This document shows, piece by piece, positions 54,031 through 64,000 of a DNA stretch of 64,000 nucleotides. Source of the DNA: Nannocystis bainbridge. GTDB lineage: Bacteria; Myxococcota_A; Polyangia; Nannocystales; Nannocystaceae. How positions within the stretch are numbered: the first letter of the stretch is position 1; every line of letters begins with the position of its first letter. The stretch is from contig NZ_JAQNDL010000003.1 in assembly GCF_028368995.1 (NCBI RefSeq), positions 288,001 to 352,000 of the forward strand, in the 5' to 3' direction. Position numbers and translations under genes: made by a program. The notes under the pieces are model-generated. The model worked only from the letters and a program-made list of their open reading frames with translations. It was not told the DNA's origin and searched no databases.

Positions 54031-54825
54031 GTGCGCCTCCATGCCCTCGCCGTCGCCGCGTTGCGGGGCCACGTCGAGCGGTTCCTCCGCGCCCACGGCG
54101 TCGACCCCGGGCAGCCGCGCGAGGACGCCGAGCTCGACACCTTCACCCTCGTGAGCATGCTGCTGGCCGCGCTGGGCCACGTCCGCGCCGCCTACCCGTG
54201 GCCCGCAGGCGCGCCCGGGCCCGACCCGCCGGGCCTCCTGCCGGCCGTCGCCGCCGCCCTGCCCGCCTACCACGCGCCGCTCACCGCCGACGCCTGCGTC
54301 GAGGCCCTGCGGCGGGTCCTCGGCTTCGCCGTCGACGCCGGCCCGTGCCAGCGACGCGCCGCCCCGCCGGCCGTCTATCCCTACATGTCCTTCGAGACAG
54401 ATGACTCCCTGCGCGCCGCCGACCTCGCCGACCGCGTGCTCGGCGTCGTCACCGACGACGGCTGGCTCGCCGAGCCCGCGCGCCGTGACATCGTCCTCGC
54501 CGCCGCCCTGCCCGCCAACGCCGAGCCGACCCGCTTCGAAGCGCTGGACCGCGAGCGCGCCAGCGCCCTGGCCGCCCACCTCCTCCCGGGGACCGACCGC
54601 CACGCCGCCGCCGCCGCGTTCGTCCGGCTGTTCGGCGACGCCACCCTCTGCTTCGGCCTGCACGACCAGGGCAGCGAACGACCCGACCCCTTCGCCCACG
54701 GCCACGCGTGGAGCCGCTACGACGCCCACGGCTACGGCAGCTGGGGCCGCACCCTCGTGCTCGCCGTCACCGACGGCCTCCGCGTCGCCTACCTCGACGC
54801 CCTGTGGGACGTCACCAGCGAGTGA
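54031..54825 (+). CDS. Hypothetical protein
   Basis: GC3-rich coding frame with protein-like composition; no family recognised. Confidence 0.6.
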   Translation: MRLHALAVAALRGHVERFLRAHGVDPGQPREDAELDTFTLVSMLLAALGHVRAAYPWPAGAPGPDPPGLLPAVAAALPAYHAPLTADACVEALRRVLGFAVDAGPCQRRAAPPAVYPYMSFETDDSLRAADLADRVLGVVTDDGWLAEPARRDIVLAAALPANAEPTRFEALDRERASALAAHLLPGTDRHAAAAAFVRLFGDATLCFGLHDQGSERPDPFAHGHAWSRYDAHGYGSWGRTLVLAVTDGLRVAYLDALWDVTSE

Positions 54826-54876
54826 CCCGGGACATCGAGCCCGCGTCCCCGGTCGCCTCGCAGCGCGACATCCGAG

Positions 54877-54953
54877 GGGCATGTCTCTGAGAACATGCCC
54901 CGGAGCACATGCCCGAAAGGACATGTCCTCGAGAGCATGCCCGCGGGGACAGC
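54877..54953. repeat. 14-bp-period palindrome array (6 units) between convergent genes
   Basis: CATG at 54880, 54894, 54908, 54922 and 54936, plus GACAG at 54950. Confidence 0.88.
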
Positions 54954-54954
54954 C

Positions 54955-55731
54955 TCAGCCGAGCCCGGCCAGGAACGCCGACACCACCGCCGCCGTCTCG
55001 TCGGGCCGCTCGACCTGCACGTAGTGCCCCGCCCCGCGGAGCACGGCCAGGCGCGCGCCTGCGATCCGGTCGACGATCGTCTGGCGCAGGAACGGCGGTG
55101 GCATGAACGGATCGTCGGTCGCCACCACCAGCGTGCGGGCCGTGATCGCCCCCAGGCGATCGGCGAAGCTCAGCCCCGACCACGACTCGAAGCCCTCGGC
55201 GATGCACTTCGAAGGGATCGTCTCTCCGGCCGCCAGCAGCCGCTCGCGCGCGCTGTCCGACAGGTTCGTGCACGCCATCCCGAGGATCGTCGCCTTCGCC
55301 TCGCGGTTGTCGGCCCCGCGGAACAGCCCCGCCGCGTCGGGCGGGAACGGGATGCCCGACGCCGGCACCGGGCACAGCAGCACCTGCCCTTGCACCCGCT
55401 TCGGCTCCGCCGCCGCGATCCACTGCGCGATCGCCCCGCCCATGCTGTGGCCGATCAGCACGAATGACCTGTCCCCGAGGACATCCATCAGCTCGGTGAT
55501 GTCGGCCGCGTAGCGCTCGACCGTGTAGCCCGCCTCGGGCCGGCCGGACTCGCCGGCGCCGCGCAGGTCGGGGATCACGAGCCGGAAGCCCGCCAGGTCG
55601 AGCCGCTCGGCCAGCTCGTCGTAGACCGCGCTGGAGACCATCCAGCCGTGGATCGCCAGGACCGTCCGCGGGCCCTCGCCGAGCACGCGGTAGGCGATCT
55701 GGACCTTGTCGCTCGTCGTCATCGTCGGCAT
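54955..55731 (-). CDS. Alpha/beta hydrolase
   Basis: IHGW, DLRGAGES, GHSMGG, DD.F and GAGHY..E.P motifs. Confidence 0.93.
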   Translation of the reverse strand: MPTMTTSDKVQIAYRVLGEGPRTVLAIHGWMVSSAVYDELAERLDLAGFRLVIPDLRGAGESGRPEAGYTVERYAADITELMDVLGDRSFVLIGHSMGGAIAQWIAAAEPKRVQGQVLLCPVPASGIPFPPDAAGLFRGADNREAKATILGMACTNLSDSARERLLAAGETIPSKCIAEGFESWSGLSFADRLGAITARTLVVATDDPFMPPPFLRQTIVDRIAGARLAVLRGAGHYVQVERPDETAAVVSAFLAGLG

Positions 55732-55848
55732 AGGCGGCGATGATAAGCCGAACCGTCGCGGCCCGACACCGCGGCAGATGGGGGCGTGAAACGGCCGGAG
55801 GCGAGGGCCCGGGTGGGACCTCGCCTCCGCCGCCGCGTCACTGCCGCG

Positions 55849-58800
55849 CTACAGTTCGCCGATCTGGCGCAGGAAGTCGGTCGCCTCGGTGCAGTTCGGG
55901 TCCTCCATCAGCGCCTTGCGGCCCCACAGCACCGCCTTCTGGCGGTCGCCGCGCCGCTCGGCGATGTAGCCCTGGCGCAGGTAGGCCACCGCCCGGCTCA
56001 TCGGCGCCGCCTCCATCAGCGCGATGCTGCGGAGCACGCGGATGGCGAGGTCGTAGTCCTCCATCTGCTCGGCCAGCGTCGCCAGGGCGACCGCCACGTC
56101 GCCGTTGTTGCGGTCGGTGTTGTGGGCCTCCTTGAGCCAGTGCAGCTCCTGCTCGAAGTTCTCCTGGGCCCCGGCGACCATCGCCTTGCGGTACTGCATG
56201 GCGCACAGCTCGGGCGAGCGGCGGCCCCTCATCGCCTCGATCGCCGCGTCGAGGATGGTGTTGGCCTCGTCGAACTGCTCGGCCGCGGCGTAGGCCTCGA
56301 CCAGCAGCAAGTTGACCGCCTGATCGGCCGGGCGCAGCTTGAGCGCCCGCTTGAGCGCCTCGACGGCCGCCTCCGCGTCCTCGTCGAGCAGCAGCTCGCC
56401 GGCCTGGCGCAGCGTGACGAAGCGGGTCCCCTCGTCGGTGATCACGTCGGCCTCGGCGATCAGCAGCCGCGCGAGCGCCGGGTAGTTCTCGGTCTCCTCG
56501 AGGATCTGCTTCAGCCGCGCGCGCACGGCCTCGTTCTTCGGCTGGGCCTTGTGGGCCACCTCGAGCCCGGCCTGGGCGTCGTGCGGCCGGCCGACCTGCT
56601 CGCAGGCGTCGACCAACTGCATCGCCGCCTTGATCTGCTCCGCGCCGGTCTCGGCGGCCACCAGCCGGGTCGCCGTCTCGATCACGCTCTCCCACCGGCC
56701 CGCCGCGACGTCCATCACCGTCAGCTGGCGCAGCGCCTCGGTGTCGCCGGGCGCGTGCTCGAGCCACCCCGACAGCGCGTGGCGGGCCTGGTCGTCGGCG
56801 CCCTCCTTGCGCAGGACGTCGGCCAGCCGCAGCGTCGCGCTGCGCTCGCCCTCGCTGTCGTTGCGCTTGGCGGCCGCGCTGCGCCAGCGCTCGAGCCCGT
56901 CGATCAGATCGGGGATGAGCTCGGCGCCGACCAGGCCGTACGCCTCCTCGAGGTCGGCGGAGGCCCGGGCCTCGTCGCCGATGATCATGCGCAGCTCGGC
57001 GCGGCGGCGCAGGAACTCGACCTGCACGTCCTGCTCGAGCGGGCGCCAGTCGATCGCCTTCGTCAGCTCCTCGACCGCGCTGACGTGCTCGCCGGTGTCG
57101 CACAGGCGGGCGATGAACTCGCGCAGCAGGTCGTTGTCGTTGGGGTCGAGGGCGGCCGCGGTGCGCAGCACCTCGGCCGACTTGCCGGCGTCCATCAGCT
57201 GATCGGCGTAGATCGTCGAGGCCTCGCGCAGCAGCCCGACCGCCTGCGTCGGGTCGACCGAGCGGTCGGCCGACCCGACCAGCAGCTCGGCCAGGCGCTC
57301 GAACTCGCCGCGCTCGCGGTACCACGCCTCGAGCCGCTCGCGCAGCGCCTCGCTGTCGGGCGCGGCCTTGTAGCCGGCCTCGAGCACGCGGGTGGTCGCC
57401 TCGCGCTCGCCGAGCTTGTCGTACTGACCGGCCAGGTCGAGCGCCAGGCGGACCGCCGCCTCGCCGGTCTCGATCGCCAGCAGCCGCTCGCCGATCTCGG
57501 CCCGCTCGCGCGGGTCCGCCTCGCCCTCGGTCAGGCTCAGCATCGCCTCGATCAGCGCCCGGCTCTGCGGCGCGAAGTCGAGGGCGGTGCGGTAGACCGC
57601 CAGCGCCTCGTCGGGCTGGGTCTTGCGCAGCAGGTCGCCGAGCCGCAGCGAGGCCGCGATCACGCCCTCGCTGTCGCCCGCGCCCTGGGCCGTCAAGATC
57701 TGCTGGTTGAGCAGGTCGACCAACTCGGCGTCGAAGCCGGTCTTCTCGAACACCTCGGCCAGCAGCGCCTCGGCCTGCTTGTGGCCCGGCTCCTCCATCA
57801 GCACGTCCTTCAGCAGGCGCACCACTTCTTGCTCGTGGCCGCCGGCCTGCAGCAGCGCGTCGACCAGGTCGAGGCGCAGCTGGTTGCGCTCGCCGACCTC
57901 GGCGAGGCTCGGCAGCGTCGACTCGACCAGCTGCTGCAGCCGCGCCGGGTCACCGGCCTTGCGGTACACCGCCATCAGCGGGCCCCACACGGCCTTGTCG
58001 CTCGCGTCCTGCAGCAGCAGGTCCTCGTAGACCTCGGCGGCCAGCGGCAGCTGCTCGGTCTGCGCCGCCGCGAGCCCGGCGATCTCGCGCTGGAGCTCGA
58101 AGGTCCGCGCCAGCTGCCAGTTGGCGGCCGACTCGCGCAGGAAATCGACGGCGCCGCGCAGGTCACCCGCGGCCTTGCGGCGCTCGGCCAGGGTCAAGTA
58201 GGTCTCGGCGATCGCCTGGCCGCTGCCCTCGCGCTCGCCCACCAGCTCGATGCGTCGCACCAGCAGCTTCTCCGAGCGCTCGCTCTCGCCGAGCTCGAGC
58301 GCCAGGTTCGACGCCTCGTCGGCGACCTTGGGATCGACGCCCTCGACGTTGACCTTCTGCTCGAGGTACGCGAGCAGCCCCTGGCGGTCGCCGAGCTTGC
58401 GCACGATCTGCTCGTAGAGCTCGCCGAGCTCCTTGTGATCCGGCGCCGCCGCGAGCGCGCGGCGCAGCACCGGCTCGGCCAGGTCGAGGCGCGGCTCGGT
58501 CTGCAGCGCGCGCCGCATCGCCGCGACGCCGGCGTCACGCGACTCGGGCGCGGCCAGCTGCAGCTCGGCCAGGCCGAACGCCGCGCGGGCGCGGACCTCC
58601 GGCGTGGTCGCGTCGTCGGGGGCGCCGGCGATCCGCTCGAGCAGCTCGACCTGACGCGCCGAATCACCGCGAGCCGCGGCGATCCGCGACAGCCCCAGCC
58701 ACGCGTCGACGACCCGCTCACCGCTGGCCTCGACGCGCCCGTACAGCTCGGTCGCGCGGGCCTGGTCGGCGAACTCGCGCTCGACGATGTCGGCGGCGCG

Positions 58801-61800
58801 CAGCAGCAGGTCGGCCTGCAGCTTCGCGTCTTGCTTGCGGCGCGCGCGGTCGACCAGCCCGATCACCGCTTCGACGTAGCTCGCGCCGTGACCGAGGCGC
58901 GTCGCCAGCTCGGCCGCAGCCTGCTGCAGCGTCGCCGAAGCGGGGTCCTGCTGCAGCGCCTCGAACCGCAGGCCCAGCGCCTCCTCGGCCTGGCCGGTGG
59001 CCTCGAGCGCGTCGGCCAGGTCGCCGAGCACGCTGCCGCGGGCCGCCGGGTCCTGGGCCGCGGCCAGGCGCGAGCGCAGCACCCGGACCAGCAGCGATTG
59101 GTCGCCGCGGCTGCGCAGCGCGCGTTGCAGCTTGCGGGCCTCGCGGTCGTCCTGCAGCGCCGCCTCGATCGCCGAGCCGAGCAGCTCCTGCGCCAGGTCG
59201 GCCTGCCCGCGGCCCTCGGCCAGGCGGCTCAGCTCGTACTGCGCTTCAGCGATGCCGATCAGGCCCTCGTCGCCGTCGACCCCGCGGCGGCGCGCGGCCA
59301 GCAGCAGCGCGCGGTAGCTGCGTTCGGCGCGCGCGAGGTCACCTGTATCTCGGGACAGCTCGGCCAGCAGCTGCAGGCTCGCCACGTCGCCGACGTCGAT
59401 CGCCGTCGCCAGCTCGAGCTGGGCCACCGCCGCCTTGGTGTCGCCCAGCGCGCGCGCGACCTGGGCCAGCTTGTAGTGCACGCGCGCCCGCTCCGGCGGC
59501 CGGCGGCGCCCGAAGTCGGCCAGCAGCCGCTCCAGCACCCCCTGCGCGTCAGCCCAGCGCTCGCCCGAGACCAGCGCGTCGGCCAGGTAGGCCAGCACGC
59601 CGCGGTCGTCGGGCACGAGCGCGTGCAGGCGCTCGAGCACCGGGATCGCGCGATCGAGCTCGCCGAGGCGGTCGCGCACGATCGCCGCCGCCTCGTAGAG
59701 GAACGCCAGCACCTGCTCGCGATCCTCGGTGTGCTCGGCCGCGACTTGCAGCAGCGACGCCAGCGGCTCCCAGTCGCCCGCCTCGCGCTCGAGCTGGATC
59801 AGCAGGTCGCGCGTGCGCGCCTCGGCCGGGTGGTCGGCGACCGCCCGCGTCAGCACCTCGATCGCCTTGACGTTGCGCCCGGCCCCGAGCAGCGCGCTCG
59901 CCAGCCCGAGCACGATGTCGGTCCGCTCCGATCCTTCGGGCGTGCGGACCAGCCGCTCCGTCAGCCACGGCACCGCCTCGGCCGGCTCGCCGCGCGCCAC
60001 GTACAGCCGCGCCAGCGCGTCGAGGTTGTGGAAGTTCGGCGTCAGCGAAGCGGCGCGCCGGTGGCTCGACAGCGCCACCGCGACGTCGCCGATCCTGCGC
60101 TCGGCCAGCTCGGCCAGCTGCGTCCACAGCCGGACCGCGCGCGGCTTGTCGTCGACCTGCTCGAGCCGGGCCGCGTGCTCGCCGAGGAAGCTCGCCAGCT
60201 CGTCGGGGCTGGCCTTGTCGGCCAGGATCTCCGTCAACGCCGCCAGCGACGGGTCGTGGCTCGGATCGTCCTGCAGGTTCGACCGCAGCGCCTCGACTCG
60301 CCCGCCGCGCTGCTCGATCACCCCGACCAGCCGCGCGATCTCCAGCCGCAGCTCGAGCCGGCGCGCCGCGTCTGGCTCCTTGGCCAGCTCGTGCTTGCGC
60401 AGCGTCAGCAGCTCGGGGAACCGCTCCTCCGCCTGCAGCAGCGGCCCGAGCAGGCGCAGCACCTCGAGGTCGTCCGGGGCCGAGGCCAGCGCTGTCTCGT
60501 ACAGCCCGATCGCCCGCTGGCGATCGCCGAGCTCGGTGAAGATCGCGGCTGACCTCACGCGCATGTCCTGAGCGACAGGTTGCGCGAAGGGCAAGGTCGA
60601 GACCTTGGCCAGCAGCTCGGCCGCGGCCTTGCGGTCGCCGTCCTGCTCGGACAGCTGCGCCAGCTTCTGCGCCGCCCAGCCGACGCTGGCCTCGTTGCTG
60701 CGCTTGCCGGTGGCCGCCACCCCGCGGCTCCACAGCGCGGTCGCGCGGGCCAGAAGGCGCCGGAGGATGTCGCGGGTGATGTCGGTGCCGCCGAGCAGCC
60801 CGAGCGCCAGCTCCGACGCCTCGTACAGCGGATCGAAGTCCGTCTCGCTCAGCCCGTCGAGCGCCAGCAGCGTGTCGATCAGCGCCGGCTCGGGCGCCGC
60901 GCGCTGCAACTCGGCCAGCGTCTGCAGCCGCTCGCGGTGGCCCGGCTGGGCCGCCACCGAGCGCAGCAACGCCTCGCGCGCCGCGGCCTCGTCGCCGCGC
61001 TGCTCGCGGTGCCACTGGGCCACGCGGGCGGCCACGAACGCGTAGAGCTCCGGCGTCAGCGAGCTGCTGGCCGCGTTGGCGGCGGCCTCGAGCGCCAGCG
61101 TCAGCCGCTCCCAGCCGGCGTGCTCGGCCGCGAGGCCCTCGACCAGCGCGAACGTGGCGTCGTCGATCTTCTGGTCGCCGACGATCTGCCCGAGCAGCGC
61201 GTGCGCGGCGGCCGAGAAGTCGTCCACCGCCGCCGCGCTGCGGATCGCCCCGCGGACCGCCTCGGCGTCGCTGCGGGTCGCCGACAGCACCGCCTGGTAG
61301 GCCGCCAGCGCCCGCGCGGCGTCGTTCAGCTTGTGCTCCGCCAGCCGCGCCTCCGCCAGCCGCAGCTCGGTCGCGCGGTGCGGCTCGCCGGCGATCGTCA
61401 CCCCGGCCGCCTTGTGCAGCGCCTCGGCCGCGGGCCCGAAATCACCTGTCTCTTCGGACAGACGCAGAAGATCGCGCTCGATCGAGCGGTCGGCCGGCGC
61501 CAGCGGGAACGCCCGGGCCAGCGCCGCCACGGCGGCCGCTTTGTCGCCGGTGTGCGCCTCGTGCAGGCGGGCCGTCTCGCGCAGGATGTCGACCTGCTTG
61601 ATCGGATCGCCTTCGGCCCCCGCCAGGCGGGCGTCGACGATCGCCGCCAGCTCGCTCCACTCGCCGCGGCCGCGGTACAGCTTGCCGAGCACCTCGACCG
61701 CGCTGCTGCGCGCCTCGGTCTCGAGCGTCGCCAGCAGGCCCTCGCGCGCGCCCGCGTGGGCCGGGTCGGCCGTCAGCGCGGTGTCGTAGCAGGCCACCGC

Positions 61801-63621
61801 GCGTCCCGGCGCGTCGAGCTGACCGCGGAACACGTCGCCGAGGCGCGTCGAGAGATCGGCCAGGCGCGCGGTGCCGTGACCGGCTGCCCGATCGAGCAGC
61901 TCGGCCAGGTCGGGCCAGCGCGTGACCTGGGCCAGCAGCGACGCCAGCGCCTCGACCGTCTGCTCCGACTCGCCGAACCCGCGCACGATCTCTTGCCAGG
62001 TCGCGATCGCCCCCGGAAGGTCCGCCAGTTGCTCCGCCTGGATCCCCGCGACCCGCACCAGATCGGCGCGGCGCTGGTGCTCCGGCACCGGCCCGGCCGC
62101 GCGCTGGCGCAGCACCTCGACCACCTCGGCCCAGCGGCCCAGGCCCTCGAGCACCGCGATCGCGGCCGCCAGCGCCTCGCTGTCCTCGGCGTCGAGGCCG
62201 AGGCGAGCGCCCCAGCTCTTGAGCGCGCGCTCCGGATCACCTGACCCCAAGGCCAGCTTGGCCGCCTCGCCGAGCACCGTCGTCTGCGTCGGCCCCGACT
62301 CGAGCTCGCCGAGCCGCTCGAGCACCGTCAGCCGCTCCGCCGCCTGCCCCGACTGCGCCAGCAAGACGTCGAGCAGCCGCGCCGCCCGCAGCGCCAGCGC
62401 CCGGTCGGCCTGCGGCTCGCCGAGCACCTGCTGGTACAGCCCGATCGCGCCGGCGTCGTCGCCCAGCGCCGTGCGGTGGACATCACCCGCGTCGGCCCAC
62501 AGCGTCGCGCGCCGGGCCGCGTCGGGCTCGCTGGCGGCCGCGGCCGCCAGGCCCTTCACGTGCAGCGCGTGCTCGCCGTGCAGCTCCGCCAGATGGCGCA
62601 GCCGCCGGTGGTCCGCCCCCGAGCCCGGCAGCGCCCCGACCACCGCCACGTAGTGCTCCATCGCCGGCGCCGCGCGCCCGGCCGTCACCAGCCGCTCGGC
62701 GAGCTCGCGATGGAGCCCGATCGCCGCCTGCGGATCCGCGAACCCGAGCGCGACCCCGAGGATCCGGATCACCTCCTCGCCCAGGTCCGCCGCGTCGTAG
62801 CTGGTCCGCAGCAGGTCGAGCGCCCCGATGCGCACCTGCGCCGAAGCGTCGCTCAGCACCAGGATCCGCTCGAGCAGCGCCCACCCGTCGCGGTTGCCGA
62901 CATCGTCGGCCAGGAGCCCGCGCAGCTCCGTCAGCGCCTCGCCGGGCTGGGCCAGCCGGTCGAGCCACAGCTCCGCGATCTTGACCGGCAGCCCCGCCGT
63001 CGCCTCGCGCCCGAGCTGCCCGATCCGCCGCTTGTAGAGCGAGATCAGATCGCGGTGACGACCCTGCTTCTCGAGCAGGCGCTCGAGCGCCGCCTCGAGC
63101 CGCGTATCGCTCGGCCGCAGCGTCAGCAGCTGCTGCATGTAGTCGACCGCGTGGTCCGGCTGGCCGGCGAAATCGCGGGCGATGTCGGTGGCCTCCTCGA
63201 GGATCCCGATCCGGCGCGCCTCGTCGATCGTCTTGGACGCCAGGATCTGGTCGTAGAGCGCCAGCAGCTCGCTCCAGCGCTCGTTCAGGGTCAGCACCCC
63301 CGTCAGCCGCTGGAACGCCCAGCCGTCGCCCGGCTGGACCGAGAGCACGCGCCGCAGCACCTCGGTGAGGGCCGCCTCGTCGCCCGGGAACCACTCCTCG
63401 AAGAACGCGACGGCGCGCTGACCCACCACGCCGGCGGCGGCAGGATTGAGGTCTCTGGCGAGGATCTCGCGATAGAGGGCCGCGATCGCGGCGGCCCGCT
63501 CCGGCTCACCGAGCGCCTCGACCTGGTCCCAGCGGTCGGCCCGCTCGGGCTCGCTGCGGACCGCCGCCGCCGCGCTGTCGAAGCCCTGCTCATCGGAGAT
63601 ACGCGAAGATGTGTCTGCCAT
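55849..63621 (-). CDS. Giant tetratricopeptide-repeat protein (~2590 aa)
   Basis: Continuous ORF of helical TPR-like repeats (AL..L..L....W..L); GAGG RBS before MADTSS. Confidence 0.88.
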   Translation of the reverse strand: MADTSSRISDEQGFDSAAAAVRSEPERADRWDQVEALGEPERAAAIAALYREILARDLNPAAAGVVGQRAVAFFEEWFPGDEAALTEVLRRVLSVQPGDGWAFQRLTGVLTLNERWSELLALYDQILASKTIDEARRIGILEEATDIARDFAGQPDHAVDYMQQLLTLRPSDTRLEAALERLLEKQGRHRDLISLYKRRIGQLGREATAGLPVKIAELWLDRLAQPGEALTELRGLLADDVGNRDGWALLERILVLSDASAQVRIGALDLLRTSYDAADLGEEVIRILGVALGFADPQAAIGLHRELAERLVTAGRAAPAMEHYVAVVGALPGSGADHRRLRHLAELHGEHALHVKGLAAAAASEPDAARRATLWADAGDVHRTALGDDAGAIGLYQQVLGEPQADRALALRAARLLDVLLAQSGQAAERLTVLERLGELESGPTQTTVLGEAAKLALGSGDPERALKSWGARLGLDAEDSEALAAAIAVLEGLGRWAEVVEVLRQRAAGPVPEHQRRADLVRVAGIQAEQLADLPGAIATWQEIVRGFGESEQTVEALASLLAQVTRWPDLAELLDRAAGHGTARLADLSTRLGDVFRGQLDAPGRAVACYDTALTADPAHAGAREGLLATLETEARSSAVEVLGKLYRGRGEWSELAAIVDARLAGAEGDPIKQVDILRETARLHEAHTGDKAAAVAALARAFPLAPADRSIERDLLRLSEETGDFGPAAEALHKAAGVTIAGEPHRATELRLAEARLAEHKLNDAARALAAYQAVLSATRSDAEAVRGAIRSAAAVDDFSAAAHALLGQIVGDQKIDDATFALVEGLAAEHAGWERLTLALEAAANAASSSLTPELYAFVAARVAQWHREQRGDEAAAREALLRSVAAQPGHRERLQTLAELQRAAPEPALIDTLLALDGLSETDFDPLYEASELALGLLGGTDITRDILRRLLARATALWSRGVAATGKRSNEASVGWAAQKLAQLSEQDGDRKAAAELLAKVSTLPFAQPVAQDMRVRSAAIFTELGDRQRAIGLYETALASAPDDLEVLRLLGPLLQAEERFPELLTLRKHELAKEPDAARRLELRLEIARLVGVIEQRGGRVEALRSNLQDDPSHDPSLAALTEILADKASPDELASFLGEHAARLEQVDDKPRAVRLWTQLAELAERRIGDVAVALSSHRRAASLTPNFHNLDALARLYVARGEPAEAVPWLTERLVRTPEGSERTDIVLGLASALLGAGRNVKAIEVLTRAVADHPAEARTRDLLIQLEREAGDWEPLASLLQVAAEHTEDREQVLAFLYEAAAIVRDRLGELDRAIPVLERLHALVPDDRGVLAYLADALVSGERWADAQGVLERLLADFGRRRPPERARVHYKLAQVARALGDTKAAVAQLELATAIDVGDVASLQLLAELSRDTGDLARAERSYRALLLAARRRGVDGDEGLIGIAEAQYELSRLAEGRGQADLAQELLGSAIEAALQDDREARKLQRALRSRGDQSLLVRVLRSRLAAAQDPAARGSVLGDLADALEATGQAEEALGLRFEALQQDPASATLQQAAAELATRLGHGASYVEAVIGLVDRARRKQDAKLQADLLLRAADIVEREFADQARATELYGRVEASGERVVDAWLGLSRIAAARGDSARQVELLERIAGAPDDATTPEVRARAAFGLAELQLAAPESRDAGVAAMRRALQTEPRLDLAEPVLRRALAAAPDHKELGELYEQIVRKLGDRQGLLAYLEQKVNVEGVDPKVADEASNLALELGESERSEKLLVRRIELVGEREGSGQAIAETYLTLAERRKAAGDLRGAVDFLRESAANWQLARTFELQREIAGLAAAQTEQLPLAAEVYEDLLLQDASDKAVWGPLMAVYRKAGDPARLQQLVESTLPSLAEVGERNQLRLDLVDALLQAGGHEQEVVRLLKDVLMEEPGHKQAEALLAEVFEKTGFDAELVDLLNQQILTAQGAGDSEGVIAASLRLGDLLRKTQPDEALAVYRTALDFAPQSRALIEAMLSLTEGEADPRERAEIGERLLAIETGEAAVRLALDLAGQYDKLGEREATTRVLEAGYKAAPDSEALRERLEAWYRERGEFERLAELLVGSADRSVDPTQAVGLLREASTIYADQLMDAGKSAEVLRTAAALDPNDNDLLREFIARLCDTGEHVSAVEELTKAIDWRPLEQDVQVEFLRRRAELRMIIGDEARASADLEEAYGLVGAELIPDLIDGLERWRSAAAKRNDSEGERSATLRLADVLRKEGADDQARHALSGWLEHAPGDTEALRQLTVMDVAAGRWESVIETATRLVAAETGAEQIKAAMQLVDACEQVGRPHDAQAGLEVAHKAQPKNEAVRARLKQILEETENYPALARLLIAEADVITDEGTRFVTLRQAGELLLDEDAEAAVEALKRALKLRPADQAVNLLLVEAYAAAEQFDEANTILDAAIEAMRGRRSPELCAMQYRKAMVAGAQENFEQELHWLKEAHNTDRNNGDVAVALATLAEQMEDYDLAIRVLRSIALMEAAPMSRAVAYLRQGYIAERRGDRQKAVLWGRKALMEDPNCTEATDFLRQIGEL

Positions 63622-64000
63622 CGGAATTGCCTCGTGCCTGCCCCTCATCGGCGCCGCGCATGCCTGCACGGAGGCGCGCCTTCAGGGCGTATCGGCCAGG
63701 GTTGCACCATACCAGGCTTTGCTCGTCCCGCGGGCCGGCGGGGCCGCGCACCCCCGCGCGTGCCGTGACGTCCCCGTGAACCGCCGCGGCTTCACCACCG
63801 GCACATTTCCGCGCGCCGCATCGTCGTCACCGCGACATCGGGGCGCACGATCCACGCGCAGCGCGACGCGGCCCGATCGATTCACCCGCCGCGAACAGGG
63901 ACTCGCCGTGAGCACCGCGGAGCCGCCCCCGCGCGGTCACGCGAGAGCCGTCACGGGTCCTCGCGCAACGCAGGCGATCGCGCGACGCATGCGTCACCGC

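Noticed and set aside
54919-54928. Resemblance of GGACATGTCC to the eukaryotic p53 half-site RRRCWWGYYY
   Set aside because: Bacterial context and a fixed 4-bp spacer; treated as coincidence with no evidence of a related protein.
55786-60552. 1588-aa + strand ORF, and other long antisense ORFs such as 747..2732, 5926..9084, 19014..20855 and 36215..38479
   Set aside because: Antisense shadows of GC3-rich genes on the other strand; no motifs of their own.

Overview
This is a very GC-rich bacterial window whose gene content points to a myxobacterium (Nannocystis-like; an inference from FHA-sigma54 activators, kinase-TPR proteins, ADYC proteins and Thr-rich lipoproteins). About 40 genes are supported. 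The main blocks are: (1) a sigma54 module at 0.6-10.5 kb with an M23 peptidase/FG-GAP lipoprotein, an FHA-domain enhancer-binding protein, a Ser/Thr kinase and three ADYC-domain lipoproteins; (2) a WYL regulator, a TetR-ABC operon and an SRPBCC / eukaryote-like phytochelatin synthase / acyl-CoA dehydrogenase run; (3) an ECF sigma/anti-sigma pair, a topoisomerase III-RecQ fusion, rpmB, apaG, several lipoproteins and a giant TPR protein. The strongest unexplained signal is a dispersed dyad, (A/C)TGTC-N6-GACA(T/G), built from GGACATGTCC-like units at an exact 14-bp period. I count about 25 loci between 12 and 62 kb, as intergenic arrays of up to 6 units and also inside coding sequences, often via uncommon codons. 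Other notable items are a hidden UGA-readthrough (Sec, UxxC) AhpC/TSA lipoprotein with a SECIS-like hairpin and a shared ECF promoter linking the sigma gene to a lipoprotein similar to its own anti-sigma. No rRNA, tRNA, CRISPR array or transposase was seen. All calls were made by eye; no database searches were run.
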